64,000 nt of DNA from positions 53,692,001-53,756,000 of the forward strand of contig OZ024746.1 in the NCBI GenBank assembly GCA_964016885.1. The letters are read 5' to 3'. The stretch comes from Eledone cirrhosa (Eukaryota). This document shows, piece by piece, positions 24,677-39,402 of this stretch. The first letter of the stretch is position 1. Every line of letters starts with the position of its first letter. Made by a program: the position numbers and the translations under genes. A model generated the notes under the pieces. The model was not told the origin of the DNA. It did not search any database and worked only from the letters and a program-made list of their open reading frames with translations.

Positions 24677-25209
24677 CACACATATATATTATATATATGT
24701 ATGTATGTATATATATATATATGAGTTTACGTATATATATATATATATATAAAAACATCTCTCTCCAACAATTCTCAATCTATACACAATGTACATTTGA
24801 AATTACCTCACTTCCAGTTGAATCCATTCACAAACCCGAGCATGCCTTCCTACATAATGCGTAGCCGTAAAAATAACCATCAACGTATAAAACAATAACA
24901 CACACTATAAAGGTTTTTTTTATATCTTATATCAAAGTTATAAGTTTTATGAATCGCAATTACTAAATATGGCAAGCATTTAAGCATTGAATAAACAGAG
25001 ATATAAACATAAAACAAATATATAAAACACATTTATACGGATAATTAATCATAAAAAAACCCACACAACACATATATACATACATACATACGTATATATA
25101 TATATATATATATACGTATGTATGTATGTATATATGTATGTATATATTTATATCTATATATATTTATATATATATATATTTATATATATATATATATTTA
25201 TATATATAA

Positions 25210-25240
<31 letters not shown>

Positions 25241-25322
25241 TATATATATATATATATGTATATATATATTTATATATATATATGTATATATATATTTATA
25301 TATATATATATGTATATATATA

Positions 25323-25547
<225 letters not shown>

Positions 25548-25574
25548 ATATATAAGCACACATGGTCCCTTAAA

Positions 25575-25669
<95 letters not shown>

Positions 25670-25867
25670 GCATAAGCACACATGTTCCTTATAAGCAAAC
25701 AAACACTAATACACACAGTCTTTAATAAATGTGTTTCCGCCTACTTCCATCTGTTTTCCTCCATGTTCTCCCCTCTTCCTCCTCTCATTCTGTAAGAACA
25801 TAGATTAATCTAATTATTCACAGGCAACATACACACACACACGGGATATATATATATATATATATAT

Positions 25868-26513
25868 TAGTTTTGCGAGGTTTTTTATATATAATCGTGT
25901 GTCGAAACAAATTTTGTTATACTTGGGGAGGGTCATATTTGTGTAATATTGCCAGAATTAATAACAGAACACACTCACTGTTTGGTTGGTTTTCGCTTCT
26001 CGCTTCTGTGTCTTTTATATCGGTAATCTAACTTACTCGGTCCTCAATGTTGCCATTGACTGACCGACGGTCAAAAATAATACAGATACAATATAGACAC
26101 AAACACATATATATAGTTTATCATAAATCTTTCGTTGCACATCTGCAACACCGTCAGTGGTGCTATATTTTCCTCCTGTTGTATTGTATGCCTACGCCAT
26201 TTTTATTCAGTCTGTCTATATATTTATTTATTTATTTGCTTGTTTGTTTATTTTATTTTGTCTTCTTTGCGCATGCGTTTGCGTGTGTGTATATTGTTTT
26301 GTTTGCTGTGTGATGGGTGACTAGTGTGTGTTTATGTGCTTGTTGTTATTGTGTTTGTGTATGTATTTATTTATTTATTTATTTTATTTTATTTACTTAT
26401 TTCTACTTCTCTTTGGTCAGTGTTGTTTATTTGGGTGTTGTTGTTATTCCATTCATTCTTTCTGTTTAGTCTTGGTCTTCTAATTTCTATTTCACTGGCC
26501 TCTCTGATTTGTT
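25868..26513 (-). mobile_element. 3' fragment of the PLE2 family with a degenerate hammerhead at 26120-26163
   Basis: Reverse complement similar to 29323-29943; encodes [21 protein letters not shown]. Confidence 0.88.
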
Positions 26514-26728
26514 TATATATATATATATATATATATACACGTACATACATATATGTATACAGACGTACAGTAGTATGTATATATACATACATGCACACAT
26601 ATATATATGTACGTATGGATTCGCCGAACATTTATTATAATGCTCGTGTGTTTGTAAACAAGCATCCCGTATTAAGCCGTAGTGTCTAGCAACCATCGTT
26701 GCTCATTTGTTCAACACTGACAAAGGAA

Positions 26729-26769
26729 CGCTGTACTAGTTTCAAGCTTATTAGCTATCGTCAGCAACG
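26729..26769 (-). ncRNA. Minimal type I hammerhead
   Basis: Minus strand: CGTTG-CTGACGA-TAGCTAATAAGCTT-GAAA-CTAG-TA-CAGCG. Confidence 0.8.
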
Positions 26770-27126
26770 TATACATTCCTGCCAGATTGTTGAACGTATA
26801 TACTTACCTTATGCATATTAACGGCTGAGTAGCCCAATTTGCATATCGAGTGGGTTAATCGGCCGGGTGCACCGTAGACGATAAACGTAAAAATTGAAAG
26901 GAAATTTCATTTCCCACTCTTAGTACGGCTGTTACTTAAATATAAGTATGTACACGTACTTACATATATGTATACAGACGTACAGTAGTATGTATATATA
27001 TATACATACATGCAGACATATATATATGTACGTATGGATTGACCGAACATTTATTATAATGCTCGGTGTGTTCCTTAATATGCATAAGGTAAGTATATAT
27101 GTTCAACATTCTGGCAGGAAGGTATA

Positions 27127-27167
27127 CGTTGCTGACGATAGCTAATAAGCTTGAAACTAGTACAGCT
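27127..27167 (+). ncRNA. Minimal type I hammerhead
   Basis: CGTTG-CTGACGA-TAGCTAATAAGCTT-GAAA-CTAG-TA-CAGC; palindromic ACTAGT stem III. Confidence 0.8.
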
Positions 27168-27369
27168 TTCCTTTGTCAGTGTTGAACAAACGAGCAACGA
27201 TGGTTGGTAGACACTACGGCTTAATACGGGATGTTTGTTTACAAATACACCGAGCATTATAATAAATGTTCGGTGAATCCATACGTACATATATATATGT
27301 GTGCATGTATGTATATATATATACATACGACTTTACGTATGTATACATATATGTATGTACGTGTACATA

Positions 27370-27467
<98 letters not shown>

Positions 27468-27472
27468 TATGT

Positions 27473-27547
<75 letters not shown>

Positions 27548-27606
27548 GCGGCGATGAATTAGTTTTGCGAGGTTTTTTATATGAGGTTTTTGCGAGGTTT
27601 TTTATA

Positions 27607-29433
27607 GCTAGCAACTACAGGATCTCCTACTTCCTCTCAATGGTTATACGCCCCATAATCAAGATGTCCCCAGATGTATGTGAAAGTACAGAGGACCTCC
27701 TCAGCAGAATCAGTGAGTGCAACAAAAACAGGAGCCTATCCAACTGCATAATAGGCAGCATGGATGTGGTGTCACTGTACCCATCCATTAACATTGATTT
27801 TGCTGTGAAAAGATGTGTGGAGATGATCATTGAGAGTGAGGTGGAGTTCTGCGACGTCGACACAGACGAACTGGGCCTCCTACTTAGACTTACCTCCGAC
27901 ACTGACTACCTAGACAGCCATGACCTTAGATGTTTCTGCCCTAGTAGACCTATAAGAGGTAGACCCCCCACCATAACCTCAATGGCTAAAAAGACTCCCA
28001 TAGGAAGGTGGATTGGGTGGACCAAAGCTATACGGACCCCCCAAAACACTGATCAGGTAAGAAAAATGGTCGCACATGCAATAGGGGCTAGTATCAAAAC
28101 TACCCTAAAGGGCCACATATTTAAGTTCAATGAGAAAATCTACACCCAAAATGAGGGAGCAGCCATCGGCGTCAGCATAGCTGGCGATGTTGCCAACCTT
28201 TTCATGGTATGGTGGGAAAGGAGACTTAAAGATCTCCTTAATGAAAGCTCCATAGACCTCATCATGTACTCTCGTTATGTAGACGATATCAATATAGTTA
28301 TAAGAACACCCCCACTAGAGAGCACTAACAAGTTTGATTTAGAACGTAGCACGATGGAAAGCATCCAGCAGATAGCTAATTCCATACACCAGAGTATAAC
28401 TGTAACTATAGACTTCCCTTCCAAACACCCTAACAATAGACTACCTGTATTAGACACAGAACTCTGGATTAACACTATAGACGAGAGAGCCCAAATTCTC
28501 CACTCACACTATGCTAAACCCATGGCCTCCAAATACCTGATACTCAAAAACTCAGCAATGTCCAGTAGTGCTAAGTTTAATATTCTGATCGCAGATTTGG
28601 TACGAGTGATGAAGAATGTGTCCAGCATGTGCGACCCAACAGAAATGGAAGGACACATCCAACACTTCATCAACCGCATGCAGTTCTCTGGCTACAACCA
28701 AAGAGACAGAGTCAGAGTATACGAAGGAGCCATGGAAAAGTATAAGACCCTCATAGAACTGGACATGAAAGGAATTTGCCCACTATACAGGAGCAAATCA
28801 TGGAATAGCTTAGATAGGGCTAGACATAAGATAGGGAAGGCCACATCATGGTACGACAACCAGAGATATCAGAGTGTCATGTTTGTGGACGCCACCCCAG
28901 GAGGGAAATTAGCTAACCAGTGTAGAAAGGCCCTGAGAAAGACCCACTTAAAAATAAAGGTGGTAGAAAAGCCAGGAACCACCATAAAATCCCTGATCAG
29001 CAAAACCTACCCTTTTAAGAAAACCCACTGTACCAATAGGAAATGTATCATATGTAAGGTGAACCCCCGGATAAACTGTAAAACTAGAAACGTAGTCTAT
29101 AGCATAAGATGTACAGAGGGTACTTGTAGAAACACGACAACAACATACATAGGTGAGACAGCTCGTAGCATAGGTGAAAGGATAGACCAACACTGGGGGG
29201 AACTAAAAGGACGAAAAAACGGGTCAGTACTATACGAACATGCTAGACAACATCATGACGGTAACATAGACAACATAGAAATTAGAATAATATCTAAACA
29301 TAGGAATGACCCAGCAGATAGGCAAATCAGAGAGGCCAGTGAAATAGAAATTAGAAGACCAAAGCTAAACAGAAAGAATGAGTGGAACAACAACAACACC
29401 CAAACAAACAACACTGACCTAAGAGAAGTATAA
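27607..29433 (+). CDS. PLE2 RT + GIY-YIG endonuclease, open frame but 5'-truncated
   Basis: [49 protein letters not shown] linker, VVYSIRC...C...YIGETAR...H...H, LNRKNEW. Confidence 0.88.
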   Translation, partial: ASNYRISYFLSMVIRPIIKMSPDVCESTEDLLSRISECNKNRSLSNCIIGSMDVVSLYPSINIDFAVKRCVEMIIESEVEFCDVDTDELGLLLRLTSDTDYLDSHDLRCFCPSRPIRGRPPTITSMAKKTPIGRWIGWTKAIRTPQNTDQVRKMVAHAIGASIKTTLKGHIFKFNEKIYTQNEGAAIGVSIAGDVANLFMVWWERRLKDLLNESSIDLIMYSRYVDDINIVIRTPPLESTNKFDLERSTMESIQQIANSIHQSITVTIDFPSKHPNNRLPVLDTELWINTIDERAQILHSHYAKPMASKYLILKNSAMSSSAKFNILIADLVRVMKNVSSMCDPTEMEGHIQHFINRMQFSGYNQRDRVRVYEGAMEKYKTLIELDMKGICPLYRSKSWNSLDRARHKIGKATSWYDNQRYQSVMFVDATPGGKLANQCRKALRKTHLKIKVVEKPGTTIKSLISKTYPFKKTHCTNRKCIICKVNPRINCKTRNVVYSIRCTEGTCRNTTTTYIGETARSIGERIDQHWGELKGRKNGSVLYEHARQHHDGNIDNIEIRIISKHRNDPADRQIREASEIEIRRPKLNRKNEWNNNNTQTNNTDLREV

Positions 29434-29689
29434 ATAAATAAATAAGTAAATTAAATAAAATAAAATAAGATAAATAAATACATACACAAGCACATAAACA
29501 CACACTAGTCACCCAGCAGACACAACACTATACACACTAGTCACACATCACACACGCAAACGCATGCGCAAAGAAGACAAAATAAAATAAGATAAACAAA
29601 CAAGCAAACAAATAAATAAATATATAGACGGACTGAACAAAAAAAAATGGCGTAGACATACAACACAACAGGAGGAACAATGAATATAA

Positions 29690-29732
29690 CACCACTGACG
29701 ATGTTGCAGATGTGCAACGAAAGATTTATGTA
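29690..29732 (+). ncRNA. Minimal or degenerate hammerhead-like motif of PLE2
   Basis: CCA-CTGACGA-TGTTGCAGATGTGCAAC-GAAA-GATTTA-TG; weak stems I and III. Confidence 0.6.
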
Positions 29733-29962
29733 AACTATATATATATGTGTTTGTCTATATTGTATCTGTATTATTTTATTTTTGACCGCCGGTCAGTCAA
29801 TGGCAACATTGAGGACCGAGTAAGTTAGATCGCAGATATATATATATAAAAGACAGCGAGAAGCGAAAACCAACCAAACAGTGAGTGTGTTCTGTTATTA
29901 ATTCTGGCAATATTACGCAAATATGACCCTCCCCAAATATAACTATATATACATATATATGT

Positions 29963-29997
<35 letters not shown>

Positions 29998-29999
29998 TA

Positions 30000-30069
<70 letters not shown>

Positions 30070-30079
30070 CATTTATATG

Positions 30080-30113
<34 letters not shown>

Positions 30114-30124
30114 TATATATATAC

Positions 30125-30189
<65 letters not shown>

Positions 30190-30252
30190 TGCTTGAATTG
30201 AATTGCATCAATGTTTACCCTAATATATACATAGGTATATATATATATGTAC

Positions 30253-30425
<173 letters not shown>

Positions 30426-30557
30426 TATGTATATATACATATATATAGATATCCATATATATGGATATATACATATATATATATATATATACATATATAT
30501 GTATATATATATATATGTATATATACATATATATGTATATATATATATATATATATT

Positions 30558-30751
30558 TAACGAAGGAAATGTGGTAAGGAACCAGGTGGACCATAACGCA
30601 CCAAGGTACTCAATACTTAGGGTAGTAGAGTGGGTAATAGGAACGAGTAGGACCCCGACGGCTGAGCTCAAGCCGTTTCGACGGCTAATTCTGGACTCCA
30701 GAACTAGCCGTCAAAACGACTTGAGCTCAGCCGTCGGGGGTCCTACTCGTT

Positions 30752-30756
<5 letters not shown>
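30558..30756. mobile_element. Fold-back end, family F1
   Basis: Same sequence as the 10451 copy with a different fold-back point. Confidence 0.78.
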
Positions 30757-30830
<74 letters not shown>

Positions 30831-30848
30831 ATATACATATATATGTAT

Positions 30849-30881
<33 letters not shown>

Positions 30882-30936
30882 CATATATATTATATATACA
30901 TATATATATATATACATATATATGTATATATACATA

Positions 30937-30982
<46 letters not shown>

Positions 30983-31140
30983 TATGTATATGTATATGTA
31001 TATGTATATATACATGTATATGTATTTGTATATATACATATATATGTATATGTATATGTATATATATATACATATATATGTATATATATATATATGTATA
31101 TATACATATATATATACATATATATATATACATATATATC

Positions 31141-31190
<50 letters not shown>

Positions 31191-31219
31191 TATGTATATA
31201 TATATATATGTATATGTAC

Positions 31220-31266
<47 letters not shown>

Positions 31267-31279
31267 TATGTATATATAT

Positions 31280-31328
<49 letters not shown>

Positions 31329-31336
31329 CATATATA

Positions 31337-31396
<60 letters not shown>

Positions 31397-31428
31397 CATA
31401 TATATGTATATATATATACATATACATA

Positions 31429-31488
<60 letters not shown>

Positions 31489-31522
31489 TATGTATATATA
31501 TATATACATATATATGTATATA

Positions 31523-31597
<75 letters not shown>

Positions 31598-31620
31598 GTA
31601 TATGTACAGATATATGTATA

Positions 31621-31708
<88 letters not shown>

Positions 31709-31725
31709 TATGTATATAAATATAT

Positions 31726-31764
<39 letters not shown>

Positions 31765-31980
31765 CAAGCAAATTATAAATGTAAACATGTAAGTATGTTT
31801 TTGAAACGGTGCGCGAGTTTGAAAATTAGAAATTATAAGCTTTCACCGTATTTTAGACTAAAGAAATTTCTAGCCTGATAGTGGGGTTTATAACCCTCGG
31901 AGAAATGGAAAACTCCGAGGGTTATAAACCCCACTATCAGGCTAGAAATTTCTTTAGTCTAAAATACGGTTAAAGCTTAT
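31765..31980. mobile_element. Fold-back element end in (TA)n
   Basis: Arms of ~68 bp across 31835-31980, 10-bp spacer, ~70-bp extension on the left. Confidence 0.65.
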
Positions 31981-31992
31981 ATGTATATATGC

Positions 31993-32023
<31 letters not shown>

Positions 32024-32095
32024 TATCTATATGTATATATATATATGTATATATACATATATATATATATGTATATATATATGTATGTATACATA

Positions 32096-32193
<98 letters not shown>

Positions 32194-32239
32194 CATATAT
32201 ATGTATGTATATATATATATATATATGTATATACACATA

Positions 32240-32283
<44 letters not shown>

Positions 32284-32486
32284 TGTTTCTACTTTTGACA
32301 CAAGGCCATCAATTAATTCAGTGCATTACTGGTGCTTTATTTTATCGACTCTGTAAGGATGAATTGCAAATACACTGTGTATTTGCTGGCCTTGTGCCTA
32401 AAGTAGAAACTATTATATTGTATTATACTATATTATATTATATTATGTTATAATATCATATATTATTTGACTATATAGTTATGCAG

Positions 32487-32730
32487 TAGTGGTTCTTAAC
32501 CTTTTCGCTCCCAAACGGCCACTTTATGTAGATGAATATTTTTCGTACAACCTCCCATGTTAGATTATTATATAGTAATAATAACAGTAAAGAAAGAGAA
32601 ATGTTTATAGTTAGGGAAGAACAAGCAATGAATATCATCTATAGGTTATGTTTAAAAACAAAATGCTTGAAATTTTGAATTTCACTCCCATGCTCCATTG
32701 CGCTCTCGAACTGCAAAGAGGGAACCAATG
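32487..32730. mobile_element. Possible decayed hAT/Charlie-type MITE
   Basis: TAGTGGTTCTTAACCTTT ... GGGAACCAATG resemble CAGTGGTTCTCAACC-type TIRs. Confidence 0.35.
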
Positions 32731-32749
32731 TTATATAGTATCTGGTACT

Positions 32750-33020
32750 TCCTCGCTTACGGCGCCGAAATTTTCCAGTTGATACGTTCAACGGAACAGA
32801 CTGCTCGTGAAATTAACGTACAAGTGGCTGAGTATTCCACAGATACATAACCCCTTAACGTTGTTTTCAAGGAGATTAAGTGTGACACACACAGTGAAAA
32901 GACAAGCCTCTCGAATTTTAGGTGCGAATGAACTGGAGCAACGTGAAATAAAGCGCCGCCAGGAATCGAACTCACGACCTTACGATCGAGAACCAAACAC
33001 TTTAACTAGATGGGTACGCA
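32750..33020 (-). mobile_element. tRNA-derived SINE (second family)
   Basis: B box GTTCGATTCC (reverse complement at 32962-32971) in a tRNA-like head. Confidence 0.7.
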
Positions 33021-33689
33021 TACAGTGTCCCTGCTCACTCTCCGCTATTTTTCTATTTCCTCTTTAATTTCGCATTCTATATTTTAATAAACGACTAGCG
33101 TCCGAAACGTTAAGACTATTCTTACTCTATTAAGCGTGAAACTAATATATATTTTCATTGAACCTCATTGGCTATTGTGTTTTTCCATATACATTTCACA
33201 CACACATATATATATTCACGGGGTGCTTCGACCAAATGTGTTTTGATAAGTTATGAGTTTTATTTGAAAGGAAATCTACGATTTGATTAGTGGTATGTTG
33301 GCTCATTTGTTGAACAATAGGTTTGTGTGCGTGTGTAGTGCGTGCATGTATCTGTTTGTGATTGTATATCTGGTGGTTTCTAGAGAGATGACGGACAGTT
33401 AATATTACTTAATAGGAATAGACAACCATAATTATTTCGGAAACTTCTGGTTAAATCAATAAAATATTTGAACTTAACAACGGTGTCGACGACGACTAAA
33501 ATAACAATGGCGACGATGACTCTACCAGAATAACAACAACTATGACGAGAAAAAAAACTGATCTATGACAACGATGATGATGATGATAACAACATCAACA
33601 CCTTCAAGAACGACTGTACCGAAAAAGCACTAAGATAACTAAACAACATCAACACCGACACCACGCATCCCCACAACCATCGCCGCCAC

Positions 33690-35150
33690 CATGGCTCCCT
33701 CCAAGAAGAAGAAGAACAACAGCACCACCACCAAAAACACCACCACCATCACAAACAACAACACCGTCACCACCAAAAACACACCACCAAAACCACCACC
33801 ACCAAAAACACCACCACCTCCACTACAAACAACAACACCACCAAAACCACCACCACCAAAACCACCACCACCAAAAACACCACCACCTCCACCACAAACA
33901 ACAACACCGTCACCACCAAAAACACCACCACCAAAACCACCACCACCAAAACCACCACCACCAAAACCACCACCACCAAAAACACCACCACCTCCACTAC
34001 AAACAACAACACCACCAAAACCACCACCACCAAAACCACCACCACCAAAACCACCACCACCCAAAACACCACCACCTCCACCACAAACAAAAACTCCGTC
34101 ACCACCAAAAACACCACCACCAAAACCACCACCACCAAAACCACCACCATCAAAACCACCACCACCAAAAACACCACCACCTCCACCACAAACAACAACA
34201 CCGTCACCACCAAAAACACACCACCAAAACCACCACCACCAAAAACACCACCACCTCCACTACAAACAACAACGCCACCAAAACCACCACCACCGAAACC
34301 ACCACCACCAAAAACACCACCACCTCCACTACAAACAACAACGCCACCAAAACCACCACCACCGAAACCACCACCACCAAAAACACCACCACCTCCACTA
34401 CAAACAACAACGCCACCAAAACCACCACCACCGAAACCACCACCACCAAAAACACCACCACCGCCATCACAAACAAAAACTCCGTCACCACCAAAAACAC
34501 CACCACAAAAACCACCACCACCCAAAACACCACCACCTCCGCTACAAACAACAACACCACCACCACCAAAAACACCACCACCTCCACCACAAACAACAAC
34601 ACCGTCACCACCAAAAACACCACCACCAAAACCACCACCACCAAAAACACCACTACCTCCACCACAAACAACAACTCCGTCACCACCAAAAACACCACCA
34701 CCAAAACCACCACCACCACCACCAAAAACACCACCACCTCCACCACAAACAACAACTCCGTCACGACCAAAAACACCACCACCTCCACCACAAACAACAA
34801 CACCGTCACCACCAAAAACACCACCACCAAAACCATCACCACCAAAAACACCACCTCCACCACAAACAACAACAACGTCACCACCAATAAACACCACCAC
34901 CAAATCCACCACCACCAAAAACACCACCACTTCCACTACAAACAAAAACACCACCACCAAAAACACCACCACCACCAAAACCACCACCGCCAAAAACACC
35001 ACCACCACCACCGCCAAAAACACCACCACCTCCACCACAAACAACAACACGGTCACCACCAAAAAACACCACCACGAAAACCACCACCACAAACAACAAC
35101 ACGGTCACCACCAAAAACACCACCACCATAAACAACAACAACTACATCAA
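33690..35150. repeat. CCA/ACA-rich higher-order simple repeat
   Basis: Units such as AAAACACCACCACC and ACAAACAACAAC; reading frame not maintained. Confidence 0.9.
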
Positions 35151-35374
35151 TAACAGCCACTACTACTAGCCAAGACTTTCGATCAAGTATCAAGAGATTG
35201 GACTCCATTTCTTCTGATCTGTGACGTGTAATACCGCCAGTATGACAAAGAATAAAGTAAAATTAGTTGATGTCAAAAATGTAATTTATTTACACAAATG
35301 AAATGCAAAACAAAAATACTAATGAAATGATGATAATGAAGAAGAAAAGACTAATTGTTTGTACTTTTGGTACA

Positions 35375-35540
35375 AGGCTATGAATTGAAGGGAAGGAGAG
35401 AGTTGATTAAAACATACTCTATTGAGCCCGTAAAGACGAAAGGCGAAGCTTAATTCGGCAGGATTTGAGCTCAGAATATAAAGGGCTGTAACTATATGCA
35501 GTAAAGCATGTTGTCCGACGCTCTAGCAATACTGCCGATA
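35375..35540 (-). mobile_element. Diverged S1 SINE
   Basis: CGGCAGGATTTGAGCTCAGA and ATACTGCC match the S1 head. Confidence 0.65.
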
Positions 35541-35909
35541 GCGATAAAACGACGACGGAGATGATAACGAACGAAGAGGAGGCAGAAGGAAAATAGACGA
35601 CCGTGAAAAAGATGAAAAAAAGAGGTCGACGACGAAAATGAAGTAGGGGGAGATGAAAAAAAGATGAAGTACATGAAAAAAAGATGAAAAAAAGATGAAG
35701 AAGAGAAAGATGACGATGACGATGGCGTAGAAGTGGAAGAAGCGAAAGAAGAAAAAAGAAAATAAGGAGAAAGGGAACAGAGACAATGAAAACGACGAAG
35801 AAGAAAATGGTAAATAAGAAGAACAGGAACACAACAACTATCTTAATACAGATACCTAGTTATCTAACGACAGCAACAGTTGACTGATAAAATGACAAGT
35901 CGATCAACC

Positions 35910-36060
35910 ATGTAGGTGGCCTCCCCACAGCCCCGGCGGACAGAATGGAGATGGTCTTTCCCCGAAGGACGGCAATGGGAAGAAAATCTCTGTCGTAGAT
36001 TTTTTGTGGTGGATACTGCAAGAGACAGCATACGACATATTTGGTGAATTTTTCAAATGA
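35910..36060 (+). mobile_element. Possible Tc1/mariner transposase remnant
   Basis: Translates WPPHSP...VDFLWWILQETAY, like WPPxSPDLNPxDFFLWGxLKxxVY with an insertion. Confidence 0.4.
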
Positions 36061-36304
36061 CTGCTTTGGTAAATATACACCACAGAAATGTATAGGTTTT
36101 CTTTGGTTAAAAAAGATTGATATATATTCGGTAATGTCCACGCACGCACGCGCGCACACACACACGCACACATACACACACACGCACGTACATACATATA
36201 TACACAGATATATGCCACCACACAGGCTTGTGCATAATACACACAACATATTTATACATGTATATACGCACACATACAATCATGTGTACACACACATATA
36301 TATA

Positions 36305-36500
36305 TAGGAAAAAGTATGACCCCGACGGCAGAGCTCAAGCCGTTTCGACGGCTATTTCTGGACGGAAATAGCCGTCGAAACGGCTTGAGATCTGCCGTCG
36401 GGGTCATACTTTTTCCTATTACCCACTCTACTACCCTAAGTATTGAGTACTCAGGTGCGTTTATGGTCCATCTGGCTCCTTAGCACAATTCCTTCGTTAT
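36305..36500. mobile_element. Fold-back end, family F1 (opposite orientation)
   Basis: Palindrome about 36305-36419 plus an extension to CCTTCGTTA. Confidence 0.78.
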
Positions 36501-36786
36501 ATATATATATATATATATCATAAAACATGTCTATAGAATCACCAGATAAAATATATACCATTTCCTCTCCCAATTAGCATAATCAACCATATAAAAAATC
36601 GAATAGACCAGGCTATAAGAATAAGGCTTCTATGAAGAAATCTCCAACAAATAACCGAAACTAGCCCTTCGCGTCGGCTGCGACGGAATATTTATCGAAT
36701 ATTTCGACAGCGTAATCGCCCAGATATACAGTTAATTAAACAGAATTAGGTGTAAAATAAACTAGGAGAAAAGAGAAAGCATTTAT

Positions 36787-36868
36787 TTACCTCGACCATG
36801 GTTTCGTCCGCATTTTGAGATTTCGAATAACTTCGGAAACTCGAGCACCGGACTCTTCAGGAGTTTGC
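36787..36868 (-). ncRNA. Type I hammerhead with extended stem II
   Basis: Minus strand: CTC-CTGAAGA-GTCC...GGAC-GAAA-CCATGG-TC-GAG; GUC site. Confidence 0.78.
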
Positions 36869-37518
36869 TCTAATCTAGGCAATAAATTTTCCAAAGTGAT
36901 CGCGCCAAGAATACATTAAAAAATGGCTAAGAATCGTGACGTAGCAGCGGTCAGGTTGGGAGGAGTGTGGTAGTTGCTTACGGCTAGTGGCTTTTTGCTA
37001 GAAAGCACAGCACAATACAGCCAAATTTGTATCTCAACCTAGCAGGAGATTATTACAGATATAAACATAAATTATCGAGATTCGCATTTCGGCCCACGAA
37101 ATAACGAAAACCAACCTCCGAGATGTGTGGCAAGTGCTCAATGATTCAGATGAACCAGAACTATAACAAAGGTTAAAGGCCAAACACACTGAGACGATGG
37201 TTAAACAATCATTCGCAAAGCCAAAAAAACGATCAAGTAATTCGGGTATTGAAAATTTACCCGGACCCCTGGAAGGTTGGTAAAATCCAGTATATGGGTT
37301 TCTGCGGCTCCTAAATCAAGTACCGTCCGCTTACATAAATAATGTCAGGCTTCTGGTAAGATGATTGAACAGGAAGCCACTATATATATATATAAAATAT
37401 AGAAGGATTTCCTTCGAATGGAATAGTTCTAGTCCTGCAGAAGCCACTTCAATTTAAGATATTTATACTCTGCTATGTATTGAGTGCCTTACTGTGGTTA
37501 CCCCCGATTGAACCTGGG

Positions 37519-37643
<125 letters not shown>

Positions 37644-37827
37644 ATTCGTTTGTTGATTTGTTTTGCAAGATTTCTTATCTGAAAACTTGTGTTGAAACAG
37701 ATATTGACAATATATAAACAACCTTCCGGTTATTGAACCAACCCACCAACCGGAAACTTAAAATAAATTGAAGTGAAAACCAATAGGTGGGTGTGTTTTT
37801 ATTGGCAGCATGACCCTCCCAAAGTAA

Positions 37828-37870
<43 letters not shown>

Positions 37871-37873
<3 letters not shown>

Positions 37874-38109
37874 ATAATAATAAATTTGAAGACTAAAATC
37901 CAAAGAGAGCTCGATAAGGAAAATATATATCAAATATATAAGAACCGTAGAGCAAATATTTATTAAAATAACAGATTAAAGTTAAGCAAAGAATCGCTGC
38001 TTTCACCCTTAACGGGATCGTCTGAAACTAAAAAAGTCAATCTGTGAACGCAGAAGTAAATATTTCAAAAAACGTTGCAATGATTCTTTGCTTAAACTTT
38101 AATCTGTTA

Positions 38110-38117
<8 letters not shown>
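37871..38117. mobile_element. Fold-back end of family F2 (also at about 46870-47180, 50120-50215 + 52316-52592, 50885-51020)
   Basis: 37961-38080 is the reverse complement of the 52470-52592 end; short arm at 38082-38117. Confidence 0.7.
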
Positions 38118-38168
<51 letters not shown>

Positions 38169-38289
38169 AGTCAGGAGCCCGACTGCTGAGCTCCGGCCGT
38201 TTCCACAGCTAGATCCGAACCTAAGTATTGAGTACTCTGGTGCGTTATGGTCCACATGGTATCTTACCCTCTTTCTTAAGATTACAAGA

Positions 38290-38576
38290 TTAAATAAATT
38301 TAAAAAATGGAGTAGACATTACAGTACAATACAATGGGAGGAAACATAATAGTACCACTGATGATGTTGCAGATGTGCAACGAAAGAACTTTGATAGATT
38401 ATATATATATATATATTTATATCTGTATTTTTAACCGTTGGTGAAACATTGATTGCCAAATAAATAAACTATGGAGATATAAAAGACACAGAAGCGAAAA
38501 CCAACCAAACAGTGAGTGTGTTCTGTTATTATTTCTGGCAATATTATTACAACAATATGAATCTCCCCAAGCATAA

Positions 38577-38578
<2 letters not shown>
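38290..38578 (+). mobile_element. PLE2-related 3' fragment with CUGAUGA hammerhead-like motif at 38353-38396
   Basis: Similar to 29640-29943. Confidence 0.8.
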
Positions 38579-38620
<42 letters not shown>

Positions 38621-39265
38621 TCGTTGACAAGTATATTAATGCGCACAGACACGCAGATATATTGCCCTTGGTATGACAGTGTGGATTTAGCTCAAAGTAG
38701 GATAACTAGTATACCACAGAGCCATTATAAGTCATGTATTGTGTGTTTTTCTATATAGCGCTGGCCTTGGGACCCCCCTTACTTGTCCTTTATCCTTGTT
38801 CTGGTGACTGAGCTCGATGGAGCCTGCAACCTTTGATATATTTTTGTTTATTGGCCCTGACGATCCCTGCCATAGAGTATGGATGAAACACTGCTAGCAA
38901 ATAAAACAATTTATTTCTAAGCACTCTTTGTTTATTCCTAAACTTATATATATTATTCCACCACACAGGCTTGTGCATACGCATAAAATAATTATATATG
39001 AATGCATAGGCCTTTAAAACTTGAAGGAGTCATAGGACGTTGTAGTGATATATTGAACACAACCGACTTATCCAGAGAAACGAGATAGAGTTGAATCAAG
39101 TACTGGGACTAATACTTTATTGATCGACGTTTGAAAAGATGAAAAGCAAACGTGACCTTGTTTATGTTTGTTTACTCAGAACGTGTTTGTATGCATATAT
39201 GTATATATATATATATACATGTGTATATGTATATGTATATATATGTCTATATATATATATATATA

Positions 39266-39402
<137 letters not shown>

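Larger units (their letters stand above)
26530..27365. mobile_element. Nested inverted pair of PLE-like ends with a third partial copy (about 26945-27073)
   Basis: About 26530-26820 is inverted relative to about 27075-27365. Confidence 0.8.
27546..29943 (+). mobile_element. 5'-truncated Penelope-like element PLE2 in (TA)n
   Basis: RT+GIY-YIG ORF, 3' UTR with hammerhead-like motif, short inverted tail copies at 27560-27603. Confidence 0.9.

Noticed and set aside
27301-27606. N-terminal 100 aa of the 710-aa ORF
   Set aside because: Microsatellite plus inverted tail fused in frame by chance; not part of the PLE2 protein
31872-31912. CTGATAG...GAAA as a hammerhead
   Set aside because: Core not CUGANGA, and GAAA lies in the palindrome spacer with no stems I or III
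33691-35092. Extensin-like, His-rich and Gly/Val-rich ORFs
   Set aside because: Simple CCA/ACA repeat that shifts frame mid-array; no signal peptide or splice context
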